A stretch of DNA of 64,000 nt from an uncultured Candidatus Saccharibacteria bacterium (GTDB lineage Bacteria > Patescibacteriota > Minisyncoccia > 2-02-FULL-40-12 > GWA2-44-9): NCBI GenBank assembly GCA_964553025.1, contig CAZKJF010000018.1, positions 1,641 to 65,640 on the forward strand. The letters run 5' to 3'. This document shows, piece after piece, positions 36,416 to 46,039 of this stretch. The notes under the pieces were generated by a model. That model was not told the DNA's origin, did no database searches, and was given only the letters and a program-made list of their open reading frames with translations. A program made the translations under genes and the position numbers. Numbering within the stretch: the stretch's first letter is position 1; every line of letters begins with the position of its first letter.

Positions 36416-37456
36416 TCACACAATAATACCACCGCCAAGAAGTTCCCTGCCGCGATAGAACACGGCTGATTGGCCCTGGGTAACCGCTCGTTCCGGTTTG
36501 GCGAATTCAAGCGTGCCATCCTTGGCCAACCGGGCGCGCGCCGAAGGCGCGCGATACCGAACTTTGACATCGAGATTTCCGGCAGGATACGAGCCGCCAA
36601 TCCAGTTGCATTTCTTGACCCGAGTCTCGCTCAATGCAGCAGCAGCGTCTTCGCCGACGTATAAAACATTCTTTGCAACATCTTTGCCGATGACATAATA
36701 CGGCCCGCTTCCATCGGCAATGTCCAATCCGTGCCGCTGGCCGATTGTGTAGTAATACACGCCGTCATGAGCGCCGATTTTCCGGCCATCAAGGGCTAAA
36801 ATCTTGCCCGGCTTGGGTTTAATGTATCCAGTGAGAAATTCTTTCATGTCCAAGGGACCGATGAAACAGACCCCCTGGCTGTCTTTTTTGGCGTAATTTG
36901 GGAGCTTATATTTCTTGGCCAATACCCGGACTTCGGGCTTGGTATAATCGCCGATCGGAAAGATGCACCGCGCAAGCTGCCGCTGCGTCAGCGTCCACAA
37001 AAAATAACTTTGATCTTTGTTGGAATCTTTAGCTTGATAGAGTTTGATTCCGTGCGAAGTTTTTTTGAGCCGCACGTAATGGCCGGTGGCGATAAAATCC
37101 GCGCCGGCCGCAAGCGCTTTTTTGAGAAACAGCCCGAACTTAATCTCCTTATTGCACATGACGTCGGGATTCGGCGTGCGGCCGGCGCGGTATTCGCGGA
37201 TCAGGTAGTCAGTGACGGATTTTTTGTACTCGCGCGAAAAATCCCAGGTTTTGAACGGGATGCCGATCGCCGCAGCCGCGCGCAGCGCGTCCTCGCGATC
37301 TTGTTTCCAGAGACAAACGGGGTCCTCGTCGCCGCCCGGCTGCCACGGCTTCATGAACACGCCCACGACATCATAGCCCTGGCGTTTTAGAAGGGCGGCT
37401 GCAACCGCGCTGTCGACTCCCCCGCTCATCCCCACATACACGAGACCTTTTTCCAT
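36416..37456 (-). CDS. mnmA: tRNA 2-thiouridine(34) synthase
   Basis: MSGGVDS, TPNPDVMCN, ATGHY, KDQSYFL, DSQGVCF. Confidence 0.96.
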   Translation of the reverse strand: MEKGLVYVGMSGGVDSAVAAALLKRQGYDVVGVFMKPWQPGGDEDPVCLWKQDREDALRAAAAIGIPFKTWDFSREYKKSVTDYLIREYRAGRTPNPDVMCNKEIKFGLFLKKALAAGADFIATGHYVRLKKTSHGIKLYQAKDSNKDQSYFLWTLTQRQLARCIFPIGDYTKPEVRVLAKKYKLPNYAKKDSQGVCFIGPLDMKEFLTGYIKPKPGKILALDGRKIGAHDGVYYYTIGQRHGLDIADGSGPYYVIGKDVAKNVLYVGEDAAAALSETRVKKCNWIGGSYPAGNLDVKVRYRAPSARARLAKDGTLEFAKPERAVTQGQSAVFYRGRELLGGGIIV

Positions 37457-37493
37457 TCCCTATATTATACTGAAAATCATCGAAACGGCAACC

Positions 37494-38759
37494 CTAGATG
37501 CCGTGTTCCTGGAGCCAGCGAAGCTTCACGAGATATCCTTTGGTTTCAATCGCTAATCCGCCTTTTTTGGAAGTCAGAGCGTTGATCCAATCTTGGATGC
37601 CGCTAATAATTGCGGCGGCCAAAGATTTATGGGCGCGCGTCGGCGAACCGTTATACGAAGCGGCGAGATATTCTTCCAAACGAGGATCTTTCAAAACGCT
37701 TTGGCCGTTGGCGGTAATCAGCGAGGTCAGATTCGTGTCGTACAGCAAAATTGCCGCTTTCATTGAATTTAACTGATCTTTAGCGCCTTCGGTGAAATCC
37801 TTAATTAAATTTGCTTTGGGATATTGTTTAACGATTTGTTTGTATGTTTGGGGCGTAAATTGAACCCAGCCGCAGGCGCTGGAAGAATTGCACGTATTGG
37901 CAAAGGCCAGCGATTGATTGGCGCCGATAATGACGTTGATCCGGTCAACCGTGCTTTGCGGATCAATCATAAATTCGGTCAGGTCGGTCTGCTCCAAATA
38001 CGGAATATGTTCGAAAAATTCCGCGTGCGGCTGCCAGACCGCGGCAACCGTGGAGCCGCTCACTGCCGCCGACGGGACGTCGGCGGCAGTGAGCTCCGCA
38101 AACGCTTGTACTACGACCGAATGCAAATACTGCTTGCCGGCCGAAATCAAATCGGGCGTATGAATATCGGGGCTGTAGGGCGAATAAAAGTAATAATCAA
38201 TATCCAAGCTCGACGTATCCCGATCGGGATAGACGTTTGCAATGATGATTTTGTTGTCCGGTTTCTCAACGCGGTAAGCGGTATTCCAACTGTTCCAGCG
38301 AATGCCGTTCGGCCGCTCTAAAATCGATATATTCCAACCGTCCGGCGCAATCAGATCAGCGCCATGTTTGACGATCGTAATGATTGAGATTTCTCCGGTC
38401 TTGCTATCGAGCGCGGCCAGCGCAATTTCTTTTTCCGGCTCTTTGAAGGTCCGGCTGGTAACCGTGGTTTGTCCCGTCGCCGGGTCTTGGCTGATCCGAT
38501 CTTCAGCGTATGAAATATCCTGCGTCCCGACTTTTAATTTCACATCCGCCAAAAGCTGATGAGCCGCCGCGATTTTGTCTTCAATGCTCCATGAAACCGG
38601 CGCCGGCGTCGTGATCACCGTCGAAATGACGCTCAATTGCCGAGGCGGAATCTTGCCGATGAAGAAAAAAACGGCCGCGCCGAGCCCAAGCACGCCCAAC
38701 AGAAGAACGGAAAGCCGATTCCGTCCCGGCGATGATGGTAAAAAATTCAAATCGGTCAT
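37494..38759 (-). CDS. membrane-anchored protein with a C-terminal lysozyme/lytic transglycosylase-like domain
   Basis: TM; SACGWVQFTPQTY and LAASYNG resemble SLT motifs II and III. Confidence 0.6.
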   Translation of the reverse strand: MTDLNFLPSSPGRNRLSVLLLGVLGLGAAVFFFIGKIPPRQLSVISTVITTPAPVSWSIEDKIAAAHQLLADVKLKVGTQDISYAEDRISQDPATGQTTVTSRTFKEPEKEIALAALDSKTGEISIITIVKHGADLIAPDGWNISILERPNGIRWNSWNTAYRVEKPDNKIIIANVYPDRDTSSLDIDYYFYSPYSPDIHTPDLISAGKQYLHSVVVQAFAELTAADVPSAAVSGSTVAAVWQPHAEFFEHIPYLEQTDLTEFMIDPQSTVDRINVIIGANQSLAFANTCNSSSACGWVQFTPQTYKQIVKQYPKANLIKDFTEGAKDQLNSMKAAILLYDTNLTSLITANGQSVLKDPRLEEYLAASYNGSPTRAHKSLAAAIISGIQDWINALTSKKGGLAIETKGYLVKLRWLQEHGI

Positions 38760-40069
38760 AAGCTTTTCTCAATCTCGGCCGCAGTGCGCTGGACGGAATT
38801 CGCGTAGGAGTTGCAAGCCGCGGTCGAGCATTTTGAGTTGCCGCTGTAATATGCTTTTGACGCCGCGATTTCAGCAGCCGCCGTTTTGCCGGTTGCACCG
38901 CCATTAGCAAGCTTGATAGCCGCAGCCGTAAAGGCATCTTCGATATTCCAAGGATTGGCAGGGTGGCCGACGACAGCTGTTACCCGATCGACGTACGCGA
39001 TCCAGGTCGAAGGAATGAACTGTGCCGGCCCCATTGCGCCGCCCCAGCCGTATTGCTTGCCGTTAATGAATTGCGGGCAGGAGACCGCCGTATTGTTCGG
39101 ATCCAATCCAAGCTGGCTGGTGATCGTCAGGAAGGGCTGGTGATCGCGCGGGTGCATGATCGCCTGCCAATGTTTAGAGGGCGGGTCTTCCGGCCGGTTG
39201 CATTTGCCGACGTTTTTACCGAGTCCGGATTCGATTTCCAATTCAGCCAGTAAAAACGCCGGCCGAATACCCGCTGAAATCGCCGCGAGATTTCCGTATT
39301 TGATCGCATCGTCCACCGACACGCCATTTTGAGTCAAATACGTAATTTCGCTCTGCAGCCGCGTAATGTCCGTTTTAGATTGGGTCACCAGCTGCTGGAA
39401 CTTCGATTCCTGGCCTTTGGTATCCTTCAAAAGCTTATCTTTTTGAGCCTTGGCCTGGTTTAAACTGTCTTTTTCAAGCTGTTCAAGATTCTGCTGCTGG
39501 CGAAGATCGTCAAGCTGATCTTCAAGTTCGTTTTCTTTGTCTTCCAAGTCCGCGTGGACGGTTTTAATGTTGTCGATCGTGGCTTTAAGGTCGTCCTGGG
39601 TCGTCTCGACGCTATTTAGATCGTTAAAAAAATCGGACAATGTATCATGTTTGAGTAGAATGGTCGTTAAATTTTCTTGATCGTTCTTATAGACCAGGAG
39701 CAAGTATTGCGCCAAGGCCTGCCGGTCTTTTTCAATGCGATTCTCGGCATCAGTAATCTGGCTTTGAGTATCGGCGATCTGGAGATTTGTTTTGCTGATA
39801 GAAATATTCAAACTCTGAATCTCAAGCGAAATCTGGCTGATCTGGGCGTTCAAGGCATTCACTTGGCCTTGCAAGGTCAGGGCTTGGGAATGAATAACGT
39901 CGATTTGCGATTGATATTGATCAATCTGTTTTTGAAGTTCTTCGATCTGCTGGTTCTTGGCCGCGATGTCATCCTGAGTGGCCGCCGAAGCGTTGAAGAC
40001 ATGAAAAACCCAGGCGCACAAAGGCAAAACTAGGGCCAACGTCCAGAGATGATGCATTCGGAACTTCAT
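38756..40069 (-). CDS. coiled-coil (CwlO/PcsB-like) + lytic murein transglycosylase
   Basis: Signal peptide, long coiled coil, EIES, GAMGPAQFIPSTW, NPWNIEDA. Confidence 0.85.
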   Translation of the reverse strand: MKFRMHHLWTLALVLPLCAWVFHVFNASAATQDDIAAKNQQIEELQKQIDQYQSQIDVIHSQALTLQGQVNALNAQISQISLEIQSLNISISKTNLQIADTQSQITDAENRIEKDRQALAQYLLLVYKNDQENLTTILLKHDTLSDFFNDLNSVETTQDDLKATIDNIKTVHADLEDKENELEDQLDDLRQQQNLEQLEKDSLNQAKAQKDKLLKDTKGQESKFQQLVTQSKTDITRLQSEITYLTQNGVSVDDAIKYGNLAAISAGIRPAFLLAELEIESGLGKNVGKCNRPEDPPSKHWQAIMHPRDHQPFLTITSQLGLDPNNTAVSCPQFINGKQYGWGGAMGPAQFIPSTWIAYVDRVTAVVGHPANPWNIEDAFTAAAIKLANGGATGKTAAAEIAASKAYYSGNSKCSTAACNSYANSVQRTAAEIEKSL

Positions 40070-40145
40070 CGCAATAAGTATATCAAAAAAGTGGACAACC
40101 TGCTATGGATATACGCGTAAATGTTTTATACTGTTAATAACTCAC

Positions 40146-42299
40146 GTGAAAAAGTCTGCATTCCTCTCGATTCTGATATGCGGTTTCATCAGTTCGGTTT
40201 TGATATTCCGAAGCGTTCTCGCCGCCGGCAACACTCCGAATCCTCCGCCCGTCCCCATTGCGGCTGATTTGAGCAACGTCACCTTCACCAGCGACGTGAA
40301 CCAGGACGTTCGGAATTGGCCGGCAAACATCAATCTTTCGGTGAGCGTCACCCAGGACAGCGTCAATTTCAGCTACGACAAGCTGGATCAATTCGCGCCC
40401 GTGGGCAATGACAATTCGGTCGGCAACGGCTGGATCTTCTACTACAACGACGGCTGGTACGGCACCACCACCAATCAATTCCGAGCCAATCACGGCAACG
40501 ACAACAAAAGCATTTTCAATGAGATTCTCTGCGGGGGCATTGCCGGCACGCCGACCTTCGGCGGCAATTTCGTTCCCGTCCAAGGCCAGCAATACGGCTT
40601 CATGGTGTCTGGGCAAGCGCGGGCCGGCGCGGCGCCCGCCCCCGACCACGGCAAACTGCGCACTCCCCTGGTCAAGGCCGCCTGGAATTCTTCGATTACC
40701 AGCGGTGATTGCGGACCCGGCTCGGGAGGCGGCGGAACCGGAGGCACTGGCGGCGGCGCCAATGCCGGGGGTGATATCGGCGGCGGGGTGAGTTTGCCGC
40801 CCATAGAGAGCGGCGGTTCAGAAGCTTCCGACGCTACCGTTGGTTTTAACGGCCAAGTCGTATTTAATTCCCAGAACGGCACTTGGATGGTCGTTAGCGA
40901 AAACGCGGGTAAAGAAATTTACGCCCGTATTTTAGACAACAATGGCAACCCTCTCGGCGACATGATCACCGTGGCCCCCTCCGGCTATTGGCCCCGAGTC
41001 TCCTATTCGCCGGACTCGAACAAATTCTTCGTCACTTGGACCACGAGCGTCGCCAAAGACGACGAGATCATCTACGGCCAATTTATAAATCCCGATGGGT
41101 CATTCTCCGGGGCCAAAATTCAGATCGATCGGGGCACGTTTACCCTCGGCACTACTTCCAACAACCCTCCCATTCGCTACGATACCAAAAACAAAAAATT
41201 CGTGATGGTTTACGAGGATCGGGGCAGCCGAATCATCGAAGTTCGATTGGTTTCGGTCTCCATCACCGGCCAAGTCGATCCGCCAGTTGTCGTGACAACA
41301 CCGGCCGACGGTACGTTTAACGGCGCACCGGGCGTCGCGGTCAATCCGGACAAGAACGAATATTGCGTCGTCTATCAGCACGTGCTGGACGGCACCGGCG
41401 TTGAAAACACCAGCGAGGTAACGGTCAAAGCGATCAATGCGGCCACGCGCAGCGTCGGTCCCGCTTCCACGGTTACCAACAACATGTTCTTTCTCTACGG
41501 GATCGACTACAGCACCGTAGACCATCAATATTTTGCCCTCTGGTCAGACTATGCAATCAAAGAATTAATGGGCTCTTTCCTTTCGTCTTGCGCCGCGGAT
41601 CCGAACCAAGAACCCTTTGTTATTTCTGAAAATCCACACAACGGCGTTCTCGTATATAATTCTCAATCCAATACGTTTGGCATGATTACCTTGGATCGCG
41701 ATAATGCGCTTAACCATGTTTATATTATCGACGGCTCGGGAGCAGTCATTGTCAGCCAAGACCTTTTCGGCGGCGGAAAGAACGGCAACTTTACTCCCTC
41801 TATCGGCGCCAATACCATTAACGGCACCTATGCCGCCATCGCGGCTGAGGATTATGCAACCACTAAATTCATTCCTAACGTCGGCTGGCCCGACGTCACC
41901 ACCGGCCGCCGGGCCGGCGGTGCGTTTGCCGGATCAGTCACGCCGCCGTTGCGGACGGAGGGCCTGCCGACGGATCTCGGAGCCATGATTGAATGGATAT
42001 TCTCCTGGTCGCTGCGGATCGTCGGAATCGTGATCTTCCTGCGGTTCTTCTATGCCGGATTCATCTGGTTCACGGCCCGAGGCAATGCGGCTCGAACCGG
42101 CGAGGCTAAAGCCATGATGATCAATGCCTTGTATGGCGTCGTCATCCTGTTTGCCGCGTATATCATTCTGTACAGCATCAATCCCGATTTGGTCGGAAGT
42201 ACGGTGAATTTGCCGGGATTTGGGAATATACAGCCAAATCCTTCTGCTTCTCCTTCTGTTTCAACATCGCCTTCGCCGACTTTGACGCCGGCGCCGTAG
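40146..42299 (+). CDS. large exported protein with a beta-propeller-like region and a C-terminal TrbC/VirB2-like pilin domain
   Basis: Signal peptide, Gly linker, seven ~50-aa repeats, C-terminal GFIWFTARGNA...AK.MMINALYG..ILFAAYIILYSINPDL. Confidence 0.7.
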   Translation: MKKSAFLSILICGFISSVLIFRSVLAAGNTPNPPPVPIAADLSNVTFTSDVNQDVRNWPANINLSVSVTQDSVNFSYDKLDQFAPVGNDNSVGNGWIFYYNDGWYGTTTNQFRANHGNDNKSIFNEILCGGIAGTPTFGGNFVPVQGQQYGFMVSGQARAGAAPAPDHGKLRTPLVKAAWNSSITSGDCGPGSGGGGTGGTGGGANAGGDIGGGVSLPPIESGGSEASDATVGFNGQVVFNSQNGTWMVVSENAGKEIYARILDNNGNPLGDMITVAPSGYWPRVSYSPDSNKFFVTWTTSVAKDDEIIYGQFINPDGSFSGAKIQIDRGTFTLGTTSNNPPIRYDTKNKKFVMVYEDRGSRIIEVRLVSVSITGQVDPPVVVTTPADGTFNGAPGVAVNPDKNEYCVVYQHVLDGTGVENTSEVTVKAINAATRSVGPASTVTNNMFFLYGIDYSTVDHQYFALWSDYAIKELMGSFLSSCAADPNQEPFVISENPHNGVLVYNSQSNTFGMITLDRDNALNHVYIIDGSGAVIVSQDLFGGGKNGNFTPSIGANTINGTYAAIAAEDYATTKFIPNVGWPDVTTGRRAGGAFAGSVTPPLRTEGLPTDLGAMIEWIFSWSLRIVGIVIFLRFFYAGFIWFTARGNAARTGEAKAMMINALYGVVILFAAYIILYSINPDLVGSTVNLPGFGNIQPNPSASPSVSTSPSPTLTPAP

Positions 42300-42316
42300 T
42301 ATTCGACAGACAGCGA

Positions 42317-43273
42317 TTACGAGTTCTCGCAGAGTTCGTGCTTAAAAGATTCGATGGCCGGCACTCGAATCGGGTCAATGCTGCGTTTGTTTGCCAGTGC
42401 AAGCGCGATCCAGTGGGCGCTAATCAAAGAGTGAATTACTTTTTCGATCGGTGTTTCCCCCTCTAGAGGAATTGAATATGATTTCACCCCGCGCGTCTCA
42501 AGAAGTTTAATCGTCTGGGCGATCCGATTCATGATGCGCGGATTTTCCTGATCTTCCAAAATAATGCAGCGGAATTGTTGGGGATTGGCGGCATCAATCA
42601 ACGCTTCAAGTTCGTTGTGATCCAATTCCGGAAACCGATTGCAAAACGCCGGCATTTTGGCGGTTTCGTTCAATATTATTTTCCAACCATATCCAAGCTC
42701 ATTGAAGCGATTCGGAGCGTAGACAAGGGGGATCGAACCCTCCAGATGGCGGACAGCGTCCGGAAGAAATGCCGGCGCCTGGCCGCTGATGCGGCCGCAA
42801 AGAATGATGCTGGTCAAATCAAGCTTTAAAATGCCCGCCAGAGCCATAATTTCGTAGCCAACTGCCAGGCGAGGCACCAAATCGTTGACCGGAAGAATTA
42901 CATGCGGCAAATCGTGTTCTTGGGCCAAGCGGATCAATTCCCCGCCGGAAGCTATAACAGCCAGCGGAAGATTATGCTGAAGCGCCATGTTGGTAGCTGA
43001 AACTGTTTCAGCCGTGTTGCCTGAATACGAATGCGCGATAACAAAAGAGTGGCGCAGATGATCAGGCGTAAAATGCGGCAAATCGTAATCGGAGTGAATA
43101 TGGAGTTCCAGATCCGGGCGATGAATATTCAAAAAATCGGGAGCCAGCCGTGAGCCGCCCATGCCGGCAATGATAACTCGATCAAAATCAGCGGGCAGTT
43201 TGTCGGCATGGATAATTTCGGGCCGGTACGAGAACTGGCGAGGCAACCCAAGAATCATGTCTTCGTATGTCAT
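42317..43273 (-). CDS. bifunctional phosphoglucose/phosphomannose isomerase (SIS)
   Basis: GMGGS, SYSGNTAET, SGG, PRLAVGY, NETAK, PELDHNE. Confidence 0.9.
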   Translation of the reverse strand: MTYEDMILGLPRQFSYRPEIIHADKLPADFDRVIIAGMGGSRLAPDFLNIHRPDLELHIHSDYDLPHFTPDHLRHSFVIAHSYSGNTAETVSATNMALQHNLPLAVIASGGELIRLAQEHDLPHVILPVNDLVPRLAVGYEIMALAGILKLDLTSIILCGRISGQAPAFLPDAVRHLEGSIPLVYAPNRFNELGYGWKIILNETAKMPAFCNRFPELDHNELEALIDAANPQQFRCIILEDQENPRIMNRIAQTIKLLETRGVKSYSIPLEGETPIEKVIHSLISAHWIALALANKRSIDPIRVPAIESFKHELCENS

Positions 43274-43287
43274 GAAGGAAGTATACA

Positions 43288-43325
43288 AAACCACAGCGGG
43301 GGCGTAAACGCCCCCGCTGTGGTTT
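43288..43325. terminator. terminator hairpin
   Basis: AAACCACAGCGGGGGCG/CGCCCCCGCTGTGGTTT. Confidence 0.8.
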
Positions 43326-43343
43326 ATTTAAACGCCTTGATTA

Positions 43344-43541
43344 TTACATCGCGTTCTTTTTCATCATGCTTTTTCCTGCAAACAAAACAAACAAAGCCGC
43401 TAAGCCAACCAAATCATAGACGACTTTGGTTGCCATGCCATCGCCAAAGATGGCGGTTACCAGGTTCCAGTCCAGCAGGCCGACGAGACCCCAGTTCAAA
43501 CCGCCGATGATCACGAGGATCCATGCGATTTTGCCGAGCAT
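43344..43541 (-). CDS. DUF378 family membrane protein
   Basis: LVIIGGLNWGLVG...NLV..IFG....VVY.LVGLA; GGAGG upstream. Confidence 0.9.
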   Translation of the reverse strand: MLGKIAWILVIIGGLNWGLVGLLDWNLVTAIFGDGMATKVVYDLVGLAALFVLFAGKSMMKKNAM

Positions 43542-43630
43542 TCTCTCATGCACCTCCCTTCTTGCTTAGATTGTTTCCTAACCCTGATGCTTTCAGTATA
43601 CCCTATTTGCAAATCGCCTTATGCACAGGT

Positions 43631-44080
43631 CTAGCGCGCGGGGTTCGGAGACGGCAGCATCGGCCGGATTTGAATCTGCTGGGCCGTTACGGTATTGTCG
43701 CTGTTCGTGGTACCCATAACCGAGACGGAATCGCCGACTTTCAAGTCCGACGTCGAGCCGGCTGCTGTTTTAGAGATGTTCGTAGAATTCGAGAGAATAA
43801 CAACGCGGCTCGAACCGTCCGCCAATTTTATCGTCATCTGCGAGCCGGAAATATCGAGAATCTCGCCGAATGTGCCGCCGCCGAACTGAACCGTCCGGCC
43901 GCCGACCATTGCCGTGCCGTTTTGATTGGCGCCGGTCGCCTGGAAACGGAATTGCTGGTTGCCGTTGCCCAAACGCGCAAAGGGCGACTTTGACTGGGCG
44001 TACTTATACCCGCCGAAGAATGCGCCTCCGGCAATCACGACTGCGACCGCGATACCGCCGACAAGGAATTTTTTGTTCAT
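43631..44080 (-). CDS. membrane-anchored DUF5666-like protein
   Basis: TM (GAFFGGYKY), GEI...DGSSRVV...DLKVGDSVSVMG...TAQQIQI. Confidence 0.75.
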   Translation of the reverse strand: MNKKFLVGGIAVAVVIAGGAFFGGYKYAQSKSPFARLGNGNQQFRFQATGANQNGTAMVGGRTVQFGGGTFGEILDISGSQMTIKLADGSSRVVILSNSTNISKTAAGSTSDLKVGDSVSVMGTTNSDNTVTAQQIQIRPMLPSPNPAR

Positions 44081-44106
44081 ATGTTTTGATTAATTTATTT
44101 TTAAAA

Positions 44107-45330
44107 TTATTCGTACCGCAGGGCCTCAATCGGATTCAGTTTGGCCGCGCGGCGCGCGGGATAATATCCGAACACGATCCCGATGAGCGCTGCCACGCCG
44201 AATGCCAGCGCTACCGAATACAATGTGACGGCAGTCTGCAGGGCAAAGAAATGTGCCGCTAAAATCGCGATAATCCAGCCCAAGGCCACGCCGATCAAGC
44301 CGCCGGCGACCGTAAGCATCACTGATTCGGCCAGGAATTGGGCACTGATATCGCTCGCTTTGGCGCCGATAGCCTTGCGAAGTCCGATTTCCCGGGTCCG
44401 TTCGGTTACGCTCGTCAGCATCATGTTCATGATCCCGATGCCGCCGACCAAGAGCGAAATGCCCGCGATCGCGGCCAGAAGGATTGTAAACGTACCCGTT
44501 ACGCTGGACGCCGCAGCGATAATATCCGATTGATTGATGACGCTGAAATCGGCATTCGCCTCATCGGCGATGCGATGGCGGTCAAGCAGCACGGCCGTGA
44601 TGTCGGCCTGGACGGCCGACATCACGTTTTGACTTGCAGCCTGGACGCTGATGTTCGACAGGTACTTGTCCCCCGACAAATACCGTTCGGCGGTCGTGAT
44701 AGGAATATAGATCGCGTCATCGGCGTTGCTTAAACCCGAGCCGCCCTTGGCTTGGGTTACGCCGATAACAGTAAAAATAACTTTGTTTATTTTAATTTTC
44801 TGGCCGATCGGATCGACTCCTTCGCCGAAAAGATCGTCCCGCGTCGTCGGACCCAGCACCGCCACTTTGGAATAACTGCTCAAAGCGCCCTGATCGAAGA
44901 ACGATCCGTCGCCGATTTCAACATTGTGAACGTTTGGATATGCTTCAGTCGCGCCGGTCACGGAGGTATTGGTATTCTGGCCGCCGTACACGACTTGGTA
45001 GCGGCGGGAAATTTCCGGCGAGACGTTAGTGATATTCGAAACCTGGGCCGCAATCGCGTCTGCGTCTTCCTCGCTTAACGTTTCGGCGCTGCCGCGGCCG
45101 GTGCTGACTTGAAACCCAAAACCGCGCTGGGCGCCGGGCTGGACGATGAGCAAATTGGAACCGATGGACTCGATGCTCGACTGAATCGAATCCTGCGCGC
45201 CCTGACCGATCGAAACGAGGCCGATCACCGAAGCGATGCCGATAACGATGCCAAGTATGGTCAAACTCGACCGAGCCTTGTTGACGGTCAGGGCGCTGTA
45301 CGTTTCCAGCATGAGATCTTTAGGCTTCAT
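44107..45330 (-). CDS. MacB-like ABC permease
   Basis: RSSLTILGIVIGIASV, VGGIGIMNMML.SVTERTREIGLRKAIGA, PIEALRYE. Confidence 0.93.
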   Translation of the reverse strand: MKPKDLMLETYSALTVNKARSSLTILGIVIGIASVIGLVSIGQGAQDSIQSSIESIGSNLLIVQPGAQRGFGFQVSTGRGSAETLSEEDADAIAAQVSNITNVSPEISRRYQVVYGGQNTNTSVTGATEAYPNVHNVEIGDGSFFDQGALSSYSKVAVLGPTTRDDLFGEGVDPIGQKIKINKVIFTVIGVTQAKGGSGLSNADDAIYIPITTAERYLSGDKYLSNISVQAASQNVMSAVQADITAVLLDRHRIADEANADFSVINQSDIIAAASSVTGTFTILLAAIAGISLLVGGIGIMNMMLTSVTERTREIGLRKAIGAKASDISAQFLAESVMLTVAGGLIGVALGWIIAILAAHFFALQTAVTLYSVALAFGVAALIGIVFGYYPARRAAKLNPIEALRYE

Positions 45331-46033
45331 GGCGAGTGGTGATGCGGCGTTTTTGGCGGTTTTTTTCATCGCGGATAATCGCGCCATCCTTAATTTGAAT
45401 AATCCGGTCCGCGTGTTCGGCGATATACTGCTCGTGAGTGATCAGCACGATCGTGCGGCCGGCTTCGTTGAGACGCTGGAACGTGCTCAACACGATCTCG
45501 CCCGTCCTGGAATCCAAGTTTCCGGTCGGTTCGTCAGCCAAGATAATGGCCGGATCATTGACCAGCGCCCGGGCGATAGCGACGCGCTGCATTTGGCCAC
45601 CCGAAATTTGGTTTGATAAATACTGAAAGCGTGATTCGTCCATACCGGCTGCATGAAGCGCTTTTGCGGCGCGCTTAGTCCGCTCAGCTTCCGGCACTTC
45701 CGAGTACAGCAGCGGCAGCGCGACATTCCGGAGCACCGTCGCGCGCCGCAGAAGATTGAATGATTGGAACACAAAGCCGATTTTAGTCTTTCGCACCTCG
45801 GCGAGCTCGTCGTCCGAAAGCGTCGAAATATCGCGACCGGCAAGAACGTAGCGTCCTGTCGAGGGCACGTCGAGCGCGCCCAAAATGTTCATAAGCGTTG
45901 ATTTGCCCGAGCCGGACGGGCCCATGATGGCAACGAATTCACCCTCATCAATTTTAAATGAAACGTCCTTCAGAACGTGGGTTTTTTCGCCGCTGTTGAC
46001 GTACGTTTTGCTGATGTGGGCGCATTCGATCAT
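45320..46033 (-). CDS. MacB/LolD-type ABC ATP-binding protein
   Basis: [41 protein letters not shown]. Confidence 0.95.
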   Translation of the reverse strand: MIECAHISKTYVNSGEKTHVLKDVSFKIDEGEFVAIMGPSGSGKSTLMNILGALDVPSTGRYVLAGRDISTLSDDELAEVRKTKIGFVFQSFNLLRRATVLRNVALPLLYSEVPEAERTKRAAKALHAAGMDESRFQYLSNQISGGQMQRVAIARALVNDPAIILADEPTGNLDSRTGEIVLSTFQRLNEAGRTIVLITHEQYIAEHADRIIQIKDGAIIRDEKNRQKRRITTRHEA

Positions 46034-46039
46034 AGATAT

